A DNA stretch of 64,000 nucleotides from Felis catus (taxonomy: Eukaryota), in contig NC_058369.1 in NCBI RefSeq assembly GCF_018350175.1, positions 2,482,001 to 2,546,000 of the forward strand, given 5' to 3'. This document shows positions 49,631 through 60,634 of the stretch, in pieces; within the stretch, counting starts at the first letter, position 1; each line of letters begins with the position of its first letter. Made by a program: the position numbers and the translations under genes. The notes beneath the pieces are model-generated. The model had not been told where the DNA came from. It did not search any database and saw nothing but the letters and a program-made list of their open reading frames with translations.

Positions 49631-50186
49631 GTCCCCATCTCTCTAATTCTGGTGACATGGGCATATCTGTCTGGGTCTGAATGTATCTGTGCCTGACTGT
49701 ACCCACAGGACTGTATCTCTGTGCCTGTGTCTGAAGGTTTGTCACCATCCCTCTGCATATCTGATTTCAGCTCTGGATCTCATGGTGCCAGGGGCTGGCG
49801 GGTGTTCTCGAAGCCCGTGCCCTTCCCTTGTTCCAGCGGGCAGGGCCTGCCTCCCCGACTGTGCACCCCTTCGCGACATCCGTCTGACTGTGCGTGTGAC
49901 AAATAGCTGTGTGGCTGCCTGGCTTTCTGAGTGAATGGACGGCCAACTGGCTGACGTCGACCTCTGTGGCTGGCTGTGTGCTTGTCTCGTTGCCTGATCC
50001 TTTATTGTCCAGCTGTCTGTCTGGACACGACTGCTTGTCTCTCTGTTCTGACTGTCTGGCCTTCCGGCTGCCTGTCTGACACTGGCCGTCCGGGGCTCCC
50101 GGTCCCCTCTCCTGCGGCCCCTGCCCCCCTCCCCCCCGGAAAGACCCCGTTGCCCTCACGCACTCTCCCTCCTTCTCTTGGGGCAG

Positions 50187-50266
50187 GCTGTGCCTTTGTG
50201 AAGTTCTCCTCCCACACCGAGGCCCAGGCGGCCATCCACGCGCTGCACGGCAGCCAAACCATGCCG
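50187..50266 (+). CDS. CELF5: CELF5 exon 5 (RRM2 RNP1 to helix 2), 80 nt
   Basis: Acceptor ggggcAG, (G)[26 protein letters not shown], donor CCG|GTGAGT. Confidence 0.97.
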
Positions 50267-51395
50267 GTGAGTAGGACTGTCCCGGGCCCTGGGGCGGGCA
50301 GGGGGGAGGGGGGAGGGGGGAGGGGACAGGGACGGAAACGCTCGCGACCGTCCCAGCCGTCCTCGGCCTCTGGCTGGTGGGCCGCGAGGCACAGGCGGAG
50401 GAGGAGCGCGTCTCTGATGGCGCCGTGGGCGGGTGCACGCACACGAGGGTGACTGCGCACGCGCGGGGCGTACGAGGACGCGAGCGTGCGAGTGAGTGTG
50501 GGGCTGCGCGTGGACTAGCGCGTGTGTGCCTGTTCACGTGTGTGCGAGGGAGAGAATACGTGGGTGTGCGCACATGCCCGTGGGTGTGAGTGCGTGTGTG
50601 TGTGCCTGGCAGTGGGTGATTGTTAACGTGCACGTGAGCTGTGTGCGTGTGAGAAGATGTGCGGATAAGTGTGTGTGCTGGCACACGTGTAAGTGTGTCG
50701 AGTGGGTGTTTTTGTGCGAGTCGACGGTGCAGTACGTCCGTGGGTGGGGGCACGTGTGTGTATTGAGTGCATGCGTGTGTATGTGTGAGTGTGCCTGGGG
50801 GGGCGCGGGGGGGGGCAGGGGCGTATGTGTGCATCTGCAGGAATATGTGAGGGCAAGTGTATGCGTGTGTGTGAGCGTGTAGGTCTGCGTGGGCGGCATT
50901 TGTGTGCACGTGTGTGAGTATGCGTGTGTGTGTGTGTGCGTGTGTACGCGTGTGGGTGTACAAGAGGGTGTCCTGGAGGGGTGAGATCCCGAGAGGTGGT
51001 TTGGCTTTGTCGAGGCCAGCAGGGGGACGTGTGGGGCGTGGGGGATGACGACACGGATGGGAGGGGCAGCGGAGGAGCAGGGGGGCGGCTGGAGGGGCTG
51101 CGGTCCAAAGCTGAGGAGCACGGCTTCTTAGGGCAATGAGAGCCACGGAGAGTTTTGACAGGGGAGGGAAGGCCATTTGGACACGTCCCCTGGGCCAGGG
51201 TGGGGATGGGCAGGGGGCAGGACTGGCGCAGGGAGAGGCCGGGGAGGACCAGCCGGGCTCTGGGAGTGGCCCTGCCCTCTAGGAAGCAGGCGCCGGGGGC
51301 CACCATCACTGTACGTGAATGTCCAAATCTGCCAGGGGACGACAGGCCTTCCGGAACCAACTCTGCTCTCAGCTGGTCTCAAAATGGGTGTGCGG

Positions 51396-51606
51396 GGGGC
51401 GCCTGGGGGGCTCAGTCGGTTAAGCATCCGACTCTTGATTTCGGCTCAGGTCCGGACCCCAGCGTTCGTGAGTTCGAGCCCCATGTGTGTGCTGTCAGCA
51501 CAGAGCTGCTTGGGATTCTCTGTCCCCCTCTCTCTGCCCTTCCCCCACTCAGTCTCTCTGTCTCTGTCTCTCTCTCTCTCAAAATAAATAAGTAAACCCC
51601 AAAAAA
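51396..51606 (+). mobile_element. Carnivore SINE in intron 5
   Basis: GGGGCGCC head, tcagtcggttaagcatccgact, (CT)n linker, aaaataaataag tail. Confidence 0.88.
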
Positions 51607-52167
51607 CTAGGTGTGAAGGGCAGGGCGGTGTCAGAGCTTCCGGTCCCTTGCCCTCTGGGTACTTGGGCATCAGTTTTAGTCCCTAGGGTGGCAGGATTCA
51701 TTGAGGCTTTCTCCTGCAGGGAGCTGACCGGTGAGGAGGTGTCTCAGGGAGTGAGCTCGCCATCAAAGGGGGCAACCTCTCTGATGGTCGGTGTCTCACC
51801 TGTTCTCAGGTGTGAGTCAGTTATAGATCCCCGTCATTCCTCTCCAGCAGTCGGCTTCTCCACTTTTGAGAGCGTGGCTGATAGTCCGGGTCCTCTCCTG
51901 GGCCCCAGACACCACCCCCCGGGCCCAGAGGCCCCACCTGTGCGCACAGGCGGCCGCAGGGTCAAGTGCAAGACCCGGGAAGCCGAGCTCTGAGCTGTTC
52001 TCGCCGCGACGTGCGTGTCCCGCGGCGGCGGGCCCGTGGGCGGGATCGAGAGCGCCCGGCATCTACACCGCGCGCGGCCAAGGCCCTGAGGCGTCGTGGT
52101 TCCGGGAACCCAGAGTCCTGGCTACCTCCCTCCTTCTTTCCCTCCCTGCCCGCCGCCGCCCCTGCAG

Positions 52168-52314
52168 GGTGCCTCCTCCAGCCTGGTGGTCAAGTTTGCC
52201 GACACGGACAAGGAGCGGACGCTCCGGCGCATGCAGCAGATGGTGGGCCAGCTGGGCATCCTGACGCCGTCCCTCACCCTGCCCTTCAGCCCCTACAGTG
52301 CCTACGCCCAGGCC
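52168..52314 (+). CDS. CELF5: CELF5 exon 6 (end of RRM2, start of divergent domain), 147 nt
   Basis: Acceptor cctgc[32 protein letters not shown]...SAYAQA, donor GCC|GTGAGT. Confidence 0.97.
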
Positions 52315-52916
52315 GTGAGTGACCCCGGCAGACGCACTCTGTCTCCCAAGGCCACTCTGGGGCTCAGCTCAGTCTCTCTCTCTCTCTGCGTTCTGTCGAG
52401 GGCCGCTGCCTCTCTGCTCCTCTTCCCGTCTCTTGCCCAATCTGTCTGACTCGGGGTCCTATCCCGGCCACGGCCGAGTCCCCAGATCCAGGCTGACTCC
52501 TGAGCCCCAGCCCCGGCTGAGCCCTCCAGCCACGAACCGAGCCCCAGGCCCAAGCTGAACCCCCAACTCTGGACTGACACAAGCCCATGCTTAGCTCCAA
52601 GAGGAGCCTCTAAATCCAGGCTGACTCCCAACTGAGACCCGACCCTGGCTGACTTCAGTGTTGGCTGATCCCCGATCCGGGACCAAGCCCAAATTCCTGA
52701 CTCAGCCCTGACCTGAAGACTGAACCCTGATCCTAGACCGACCCTCGATCCCAGGCTGAGCCCCACCATTCCTAACTGAGGCCTGAGCCACGATAGCCAG
52801 GCTGACCGCTCCCCCACCCCCGCCAGTTACCAGAGGGCCAGGCCTCCCCCAGGGCGTCATGACCTCAGGGCAGGTGCCACCCCGACTGTGCACGCTGACT
52901 CCCTCTCCACCCCCAG

Positions 52917-53058
52917 CTCATGCAGCAGCAGACAACGGTCCTGTCCACGTCGGGCAGCTACCTGAGCCCTGGCGTGGCCTTCTCACCCTGCCACATCCAG
53001 CAGATCGGCGCCGTCAGCCTTAACGGGCTGCCTGCCACACCCATCGCCCCTGCCTCTG
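52917..53058 (+). CDS. CELF5: CELF5 exon 7, 142 nt
   Basis: Acceptor accccc AG at 52915-52916, LMQQQTTVLSTSGSYLSPG...PIAPAS, donor CTG|GTGAGA. Confidence 0.96.
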
Positions 53059-53156
53059 GTGAGAGTCCGCCAGGGCCTGCGGATGGTGGGCAGGGCAGGG
53101 CGGGGCCGGGGCCAGGGCCAGGCTCAGGCTCCCCATCGCGCTCCTCTGCCCCACAG

Positions 53157-53303
53157 GACTGCACTCGCCCCCGCTGCTTGGTTCCACTGCCGTGCCCGGG
53201 CTCGTGGCTCCCATCACCAATGGCTTCGCGGGTGTCGTGCCCTTCCCTGGGGGGCACCCTGCCCTAGAGACCGTGTATGCCAATGGCCTCGTGCCCTACC
53301 CAG
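53157..53303 (+). CDS. CELF5: CELF5 exon 8, 147 nt
   Basis: Acceptor ccccacAG, (G)LHSPPLLGSTAVPGLVAPITNGFAG...NGLVPYP, donor CAG|GTAACG. Confidence 0.96.
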
Positions 53304-53884
53304 GTAACGTGAGTGGTTCCCCCAGGGGCCGAGGAGAGGGGGTGGGGCCGGGAAGGCATCTCCGGGACAAGCGCGAGTTCCTGTGCCCCCTGGTGCCTGG
53401 GAAACAGAGGCGGTCTCAGCTGGACGGATGTGAGCGGTGGGCACAGAGAAGGGGGCTGTAGCCGGGTGCGTAAACATGGGAACTTTATACCCAGGCATTT
53501 ATGGGTGCAGATTCCAGTTTGGCGGCCCTAAATGGTTTCTGTGAGTCTCTGGGCCTCAGTTTGCTCACCCGGAAGATGGGGCAGATAACATCAGACATCT
53601 CGTGAGGTTGCACGGACAGTGGAATCAGTATATCAAATGCTGAACGTGTCACCTGTACTGAGAACAGCAGCACCACCAATCTTAGTTATTAATCATTGCT
53701 GTTTAGGAAGACATCAGTAGCCTCATTCATTCATTCATTCATTCGTTCGTTCAGTATTAACCATGCCCTGAGCTAGGCTCGGCCCTGCCTTGAAGCAGGG
53801 GCCCCATCTTTCGCTTTCTTAGACCACAATCCCCAGGCAAGCATCTGCCAGTATCTGGCAGTCTCTGTGTTTCCACCATTGAGG

Positions 53885-54330
53885 AGAACTTATTTTTACT
53901 TTGAAATGATTGGAGCTCACAGGGAGTTTCAAAAATAGTACAGAGAGGTCCCGGTACCTCCAACCCAGTCCCCCCCCCAACCCCCCACCCCCGCCCACCA
54001 TGCTAACATCTTACATAACCGCCGCACATTGTTGAAACCAGGAAACTGACGTTGGTGGGGTAAGATGAACTCAACAGGAGTTGGAGATCTTACTCAGAGG
54101 GTGCCACTTTGTACGTGCACTCGCTTGTTGTATGTGTGTTGGGGGGGCATTCTGTGCCATTTTATCACAGGTATAGATTTGGGTAACCACCACCACAATC
54201 AAGATACAAAACTTCTCCATCAATACAGAGGGATTGGTGCGTGTGACCCCTTTAGGGGCACACCCCACCACCACCCCGTCCTCTAGCAGCCTCTCTCCAT
54301 TCGAGCAGAATCTTTTTGGCTGAATTTCCC
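53885..54330 (-). mobile_element. Old L1MC-like 3' fragment
   Basis: ttatttttactttgaaatgatt, aaaatagtacagagaggtccc, taacatcttacataacc, aaaccaggaaactgacgttggt. Confidence 0.6.
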
Positions 54331-54842
54331 CCCGGAGGCACCAGCTCTAGTGGTCTGGACAACCTCTCCCCTCCCCTTACCTCCACCATGGCCCCCGCCC
54401 TGGGGCAGTTGGGTGGTGGGTGGTCACAGCCACATGAGGGATCCAAGGGGTGTCTGATGAGTGACATGTGGGGGTGCGAGAGACGGAAAGGGTTGGGGGT
54501 GGGGGGTGATGGGGAGCAGAGGCCTGAAGTCCTGGAGAATCCAGAGAATAAAAGGGAAGAGGGAAAGGGTCCAGATGGGGACAGAGAGATGGGGGTGATG
54601 GTTAACCTCTCTGGAGTCCTGTTCGACTTCGCCATTATCTATCTGAGTGGCCCCGTGCCAGTTGCTTCACCTCTCTGAACCTCAGTTTTCCCACCTGTAA
54701 AATGGGGGCCACACCTGTAAAAGGTTAATGCGGAGGTGAAGCTGGGGCGGATGTTGCTCTCCTTTTGGCTCCGAAGTTTCGGGGGGTAATTGGAAGACTT
54801 CTGCTGCCCCCGTCCCACTCAGTCCCTCCGTTTGCCCCGCAG

Positions 54843-54905
54843 CTCAGAGCCCGACCGTGGCCGAGACCCTCCATCCTGCCTTCTCCGGAGTCCAGCAGTA
54901 CACAG
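54843..54905 (+). CDS. CELF5: CELF5 exon 9, 63 nt
   Basis: Acceptor ccccgcAG, (A)QSPTVAETLHPAFSGVQQYT, donor CAG|GTACGG. Confidence 0.95.
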
Positions 54906-55484
54906 GTACGGAGGGCAGTCCAGCCCAGTCCGGGCGTGGCCCCGCCCCTGGGTCCCGGCTTTCCCGCCAGGCCTAGCCACGCCCCTAGCCACACCCCGCC
55001 TCTGGCCCCGCCCCTCGGCGGTCGCCCTCTCATTCGGCCTTCCCGCCTGCACCTAGCCACGCCTCCTACTTCTGGCCCCGGCCCAATCCCAGGTCTTGGC
55101 CCCGCCCCCTGCAGCTTCTGGTCCCGCCTCTTGGGTCCTGCCAGGGCCCCGCCCTCAGCCGTGGCCCTGCGGTCAAGCTCTGGCCCCACCCACTCGGATC
55201 TTCGGTGGCCTTGGCCCCTCCTTCAGGCCCGGCCTCGGCTGTGGCCACGCCCCCTCCCGCTAGGAGGCTTTGCCCCCACGCCGTCGAATCGTGGCTCCGC
55301 CCCATTCTTCCCCGTGCCCTGGCCCCTCCCTGGGCCCGCCCCCCCGTCGTGGGCACGCCCCTCTCCGCTCCCAAGGCAACTGTGGCCCCACCCCATCGTG
55401 GCCCCGCCCCCGCCCGCCTCGAGCCGCCCCGCCCACCGGCCTTACACCTGCCTCCGCCCTGTGTCTCGCTCCCGGTCTCCGCAG

Positions 55485-55568
55485 CCATGTACCCCACCGC
55501 GGCCATCACGCCCATCGCGCACAGCGTCCCCCAGCCGCCGCCCCTCCTGCAGCAGCAGCAGCGAGAAG
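55485..55568 (+). CDS. CELF5: CELF5 exon 10, 84 nt
   Basis: Acceptor ctccgcAG, (A)MYPTAAITPIAHSVPQPPPLLQQQQRE, donor AAG|GTGAGG. Confidence 0.95.
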
Positions 55569-58206
55569 GTGAGGGGGCCGCGACCTCCCCCGGGCGCCAG
55601 CCCAGCCCTCTGACCGCCCCCTCCACCTCCAGGACCCCGAGAGCTCAGGGAACCGCGGCTTTCTAAGAGTGCGGCCCGCGGGCCAGACAGACCCGGGTTC
55701 CTCTTCTGGAATGTGGGAACCGTGCTAGCTTCGACCCCCTAGGACTAGCGGTGACCCTCCTCCCACCCCACCCCCACCAGCCTTCCTCTGCAAGACGGGA
55801 CGGATGGTTCTCTGAATTTCTGGAAAGGACACTCGTTTCGAGGTGGTGGGGGGCGGTGGTGATGCGGTATCTGGGGTGAGCTGAGGCCTCCCCAGCAAAG
55901 TGGAAGGAGGGAGGAGGTGGATTCTGGAGTCAGACAACCGGGGTTAAGATGCACCCGGTTCTGACTGTGACATCATAAGGAAAGCGCCTCGCTGCCCTGT
56001 GCCTCAGTTTCCTCACTTGCAGCGGGAGCAGCCATCCGCGTCAAGAGGCGCTACTGGGAAGTAGACGGGGCCCGTCCTGGCACAGAGTGTGGCTCAGCAC
56101 CCCCAAGGCCCTTTCTCTTGTCATGCAGCTAGTGAGGGTGGGGGAGAGGTGACCGGCTAGAAAAGCCCCCAGACACTCCCATGGCCAGGGGAGTCCCGCA
56201 GACTGAGTTCTTTGAGGCCCTGCCCCATTTCTCCCTTGCCCTTGGCCTGTGAATAGCGGGGAGGCATTGCCAGGGTCCAGGCGCTGAGCTTTGGAGGTGA
56301 GGCCTAGGCTGAGGGGTCCCCAGCTCTGCCCAGCAGCTGCTGCCCGTTCCCAGATTTTCTATCTCCAGGGGGCTCTGTGGTCAAAGTCACAGACAGGAGG
56401 ATCTGGCAGTGCCTCCACCTCCGCTATGACTTTCAATAACCTCCCCCCCCCCACCCCCCACCCAGGGAGGGCCGGTGGGAGCTTCAGAGAGGGCCCGGGT
56501 GTCTCAGGTCTGATGGCTCGGACCTGGGTGTCTCCCTTCTCCAACTTCCCTCAACCCTGGGCCGAGGAGGTAAACGTTAGTTCAGATGCAGCCAAGCGCG
56601 GGTTCTGGAGAGTCTGCCCAGCATGCAGACCCTCGCAACACAATCTACAAGGTTCCTGCTTGAATGGGGTCAGGATGCACCATTCAAAAGCTGTGTCCGT
56701 GACACAACAAAACAAAAGACAGAACCCTAAGAGAAATGATAGCACAGCGGTATGCATGTTAGCGGGCTTAAAAAAAATACAATAGAGGTGGCACTTTCTC
56801 TTGGAAGAGACCTCACGTTCGTTCACGCGTGGACGTGGACACAGGAAGGGCTGCAGCTGTGAGGTGCTGTTAAGTGACAGAAAGAGGCTTGTCTGAAGTC
56901 AGAAGGGGAGTCGGATCCCCAGAGGGGGATGCGTGTGGCTCGCAACACGCTTGGGGGCTGAGAAAGTGGTAGGTGTTGGAGCCACCTGTGTGTCGGGGTG
57001 GGGGGTGTGCACACTGTTTTCCCAGGAGGTCCCACTCAGCTGGGTGCGGCTTCTGCATTCACCTCCCACGTCGTAGACATGAGATAGCACACGAGCAAAC
57101 GTGAAATTTGTGTTACGGTCAAAACCGTGCCACCCGCGTCAGTCGCGATGATCACGTTGGAACACGCTTGTATTTTAAAAACAAGCATGAGTAGAACTCG
57201 GGTCCTAATCAGGAAGGAAGGGTTGGATGTGAATGTGTCATCTGGGATTTAACATTTGCCAGGGCGGGGAGTGCTCATTTCCGGGGTGAAGGGAATTCTG
57301 GTGGTTTGGGGATTCTCCCTTGGTTTGTGGGGGCTGTGGGGGAAGGGCATCTGTTGGTTTGGGATTAGGGGCAGGTTTGGAGAATGTTCGTGACTCCAGA
57401 CAATGAAGGTTTTTTAATTGGATTATTATTTACAGATTCTACATGAGTCATGCGTTGGGGATTATTTGGAGAGGGGATGGTTTGGAGAGGTGGCTGTGCC
57501 GTTGGTGTATCATTTTAAAATGACCTGGCGGTCTCGGGATATGTGGGTCTGGGGACTAGAGAATTTTCTTTTTTTTATTTTAGTTGATTTTACTTTTGTG
57601 TCGTCTGAGTTTCGAAGATGATTCAAGGTTTGGAGGATTAGCCAAAGTTTTGAAAAACATCTAGATATTTGGGGTTTGGGACCAGGAATTGGTTGTCGTA
57701 CTGTATTCTGTGATCATCGGACTTGTAGGGGAAAAAGAAAATGAACATTTTATTTTAAAACCAGTTTTAGATTTACAGAATTAGTGCAAAGCTAGTACAG
57801 GGTGTCCGTCTACCCCCCCCCCCCCAATTCATCTCATGTTGTAAACGGTCTGGAGTTTCAGGGGTTTTTCGGGGGGTTCAGGTTGTCTGGGATTTGGGGA
57901 TTATCCAGGGTCTGGCATTGAGGGATTTGTCTCAGGTTTGGGGGGAGGGACCGGCTGAATTTTGTAAATTATCCGGGGCCTGAGGGCCACCGGAGGTTCG
58001 CAGGCCCCAAGCGTGGGATGAGACAGGCAAACGTAGGCACACGCCGCGCCCCTCCCCGCCATCGCCACGCCCTCCCTCCTGACGTCACGGCGCCGTCCGC
58101 CAACAGCTGGAGATGCCGGATGTGGGCTCCGGTCCCGCGCCCCTCCCCCGGGGGGGTCCGCCTCCTCTCCTTGGGGGCTTTATGTCTTTCTCTCCCCCAC
58201 CTGCAG

Positions 58207-58350
58207 GTCCCGAAGGCTGTAACCTGTTTATCTACCACCTCCCCCAGGAGTTTGGAGACACGGAGCTGACGCAGATGTTCCTGCCCTTCGGCAATATCAT
58301 CTCCTCCAAGGTGTTTATGGATCGGGCCACCAACCAGAGCAAATGTTTTG
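58207..58350 (+). CDS. CELF5: CELF5 exon 11 (first part of RRM3), 144 nt
   Basis: Acceptor cctgcAG, (G)[47 protein letters not shown], donor TTG|GTGAGT. Confidence 0.97.
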
Positions 58351-58597
58351 GTGAGTCCCTGTTGCAGGCACCCCCCCCCCCGGCCCGCCCCCGCCCGCCC
58401 TGTCCCCCACTCCAAGGAACAGGGGCCAGGGAGGGCGTAGTCAGCCAGGAGACAAGTGTGGTGCAAAGGGATCACATTTGTGAATTAGAGTCAGCACTTA
58501 TGAAGCACCTACGGTGTGCCAGGCCCCGTGCTGGGTGCGGACACACGGCAGTGAAGGAAACCAACAAAGCTCCTGCCCTCAAAAGCTCGCAGTCCTG

Positions 58598-58782
58598 CTG
58601 CGCCGTCCAACAGAATATTCTCCACCGGCGGGAATGTTGCGCGTCTCTGCCACCCGAGCCTCAGCCACACATGGCTACCGGCCACCTTAAGTGTGGCAGT
58701 TCAACCAAAGAACGGAATGTTTAATTAAATCTAAATTTAAATAACCGCCTGTGGTCAGCGATGAGGGCGTTGAAAAGCACAG
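58598..58782. mobile_element. MER3-like hAT-Charlie MITE
   Basis: cgccgtccaacagaatattctcc, agccacacatggctaccggccaccttaagtgtggc, tttaattaaatctaaatttaaata resemble MER3 as recalled. Confidence 0.55.
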
Positions 58783-59333
58783 GTTTCTGGGTAGGAGCTG
58801 GAAATAAAGCGGGACATAGGCCAGGGGGCTATAGATGGAATGCAGAACGCCATCAGTAAGGAAGTAGAAACTGATCTGCAGGGGGTGATGTTTCAACTGA
58901 GACGCAAATGAGGAGATTTTCCAGCCAAGGGATATGTGGGGTAGAGGGTTCTAGGGAACAGCACATGCAAAGGCCCTGGGGCAGGACCTGTCTGGCATGT
59001 TGGAGGAACAGCGAGGGGGAGACCCATGTGGCTGGAGCAGAGTGAGCAAGGGGAAGAGAGGGAGGAGGGGAGGGCAGGGAGGGGACGTCGTGCAAGGCCT
59101 TGGGAGGACTTCCTTGTCCCCGGACACAGGAAATTAAGGCTCAGAGAGGCACTGCAACTTGGCCAAGTTCACACAGCAGCAAAGAGACAGAACCTAAATT
59201 AGAACCAGTCTGTTTGACCCCAAACTCGGGACTCTTAATCCCACCCTGTGTTATTCAGAAGGCTAACTGTTGCCTATTAAGCACTTCCTGTATATACTCC
59301 GTGTCCAACCGTAAAATAGAAGACTTGCCCCCA

Positions 59334-59454
59334 GAGGTGCCTGGCTGGCTCAGAGGAGCTGCAGCCTGTGACTCTTGATCTCGGGGTTGTGAGTTCAAGC
59401 CCCACGTCAGGTGGAGAGATTATGTAAAAATAAAAAATCTCCAAAAAAGAAAAA
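59334..59454 (+). mobile_element. Short carnivore SINE with degenerate TSD
   Basis: gtgactcttgatctcggggttgtgagttcaagccccacg and A-tail. Flanks agaagacttgcccc and agaagctttgcccc. Confidence 0.75.
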
Positions 59455-60506
59455 AGAAGCTTTGCCCCACTATCCCTGGAGGAAAGAGAGGCAGAGTGGC
59501 CCAGCAGCCGCACCAGGAAGGACCCTCTGCCAGTGCCTAGGTCCCTCCTCTGCATCCTGCTTCCAGGAGGAAGACAGAAATGGGGGGGGGGGGCACTCAG
59601 TCCCTTTCCACAGTGAGGGGTCCTATGCCTTCTCTGAGCCTTAGTTTCCTCATCCGTATGATGGGGGACAGGTGTTAGGGGAGATGATAGATAAGATGTC
59701 ACCCCTCCCCAACTCCTCATTCCCCCATGGCTCCCCATGGGCCTCAGCAAGACTGGTCAGCCCTGCCCCCAGCTCCGCCTGACCTCCCACCCGGCCTCCT
59801 ACACGGAGCTCAAGGACCCCCACCTCCAAATGCTTGTGCATGCAGACCCTCGCCCCAGAGGGCCCCCCAGCCCCTGTGGCCTCCACACCATCGAGGACCA
59901 AGAGGTGAGGGGCCAGGAGTAGGGCAGGGTGGTCTGGGGGGTGGAAGTTTGAGGAACCCCAGGCTGGAATGTTTCTCATGGCCTCAGGGGAGACGGGGGT
60001 AGAGAGACTGTCAGAGACAAAGACAGAGATAGAGAAAGAGGGATAAAAGGCAGAGGGAGGGAGAAAAGGACAGAGAGAAGAGACCCAGGACATTTGCAGA
60101 GAGAGAGAGAGAGAGTCCCATGCACGGTCAGGACCCCAGAGGGATAGTGGTCTTGGAGGGGCCACACGGTTAGCATCCGGGGTCTAGATGGAAGCAAGCA
60201 TTCAGGACAGGGAGGGAGGGAGGATGCGGCCTCACCTGTCCCCACCGCCGGTCGGGAAGTCTCAGCACAGCAGACCCCAGGTAAGGAGCAAGCGTCCCAT
60301 CCCCAGAAGCAAGTGCAGAGGGGGACAGGACCGGGCCCGGGCTGCTGTGCGTGCCTGGCCAGCCCTCCCCCCCCGGCCCCATCTGCCCCTGCCAGCGCAC
60401 CCCCCGCCCCGCCCCCAGGACCCCAGGGAAGCCTGGGCTGCCGCCCTGGAGCCAGCAGAGGACGCCCACGTGGCCCACCATCGCGGCTCCGCCCCGGTCT
60501 CCACAG

Positions 60507-60634
60507 GCTTCGTGAGCTTTGACAACCCGGCCAGCGCGCAGACCGCCATCCAGGCCATGAACGGCTTTCAGATCGGCATGAAGAGGCTCAAGGTGCAGCT
60601 GAAGCGACCCAAAGACCCGGGACACCCCTACTGA
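60507..60634 (+). CDS. CELF5: CELF5 exon 12 coding part (end of RRM3 and stop); the exon continues to 60673
   Basis: Acceptor ctccacAG, (G)[41 protein letters not shown], donor CAG|GTGAGC at 60674. The 12 coding exons total 1458 nt, i.e. 485 aa plus stop. Confidence 0.97.

Noticed and set aside
49767..51176. 469-aa minus-strand His/Thr-rich ORF
   Set aside because: Antisense of the TG-rich tract and exon 5, with no coding hallmarks.
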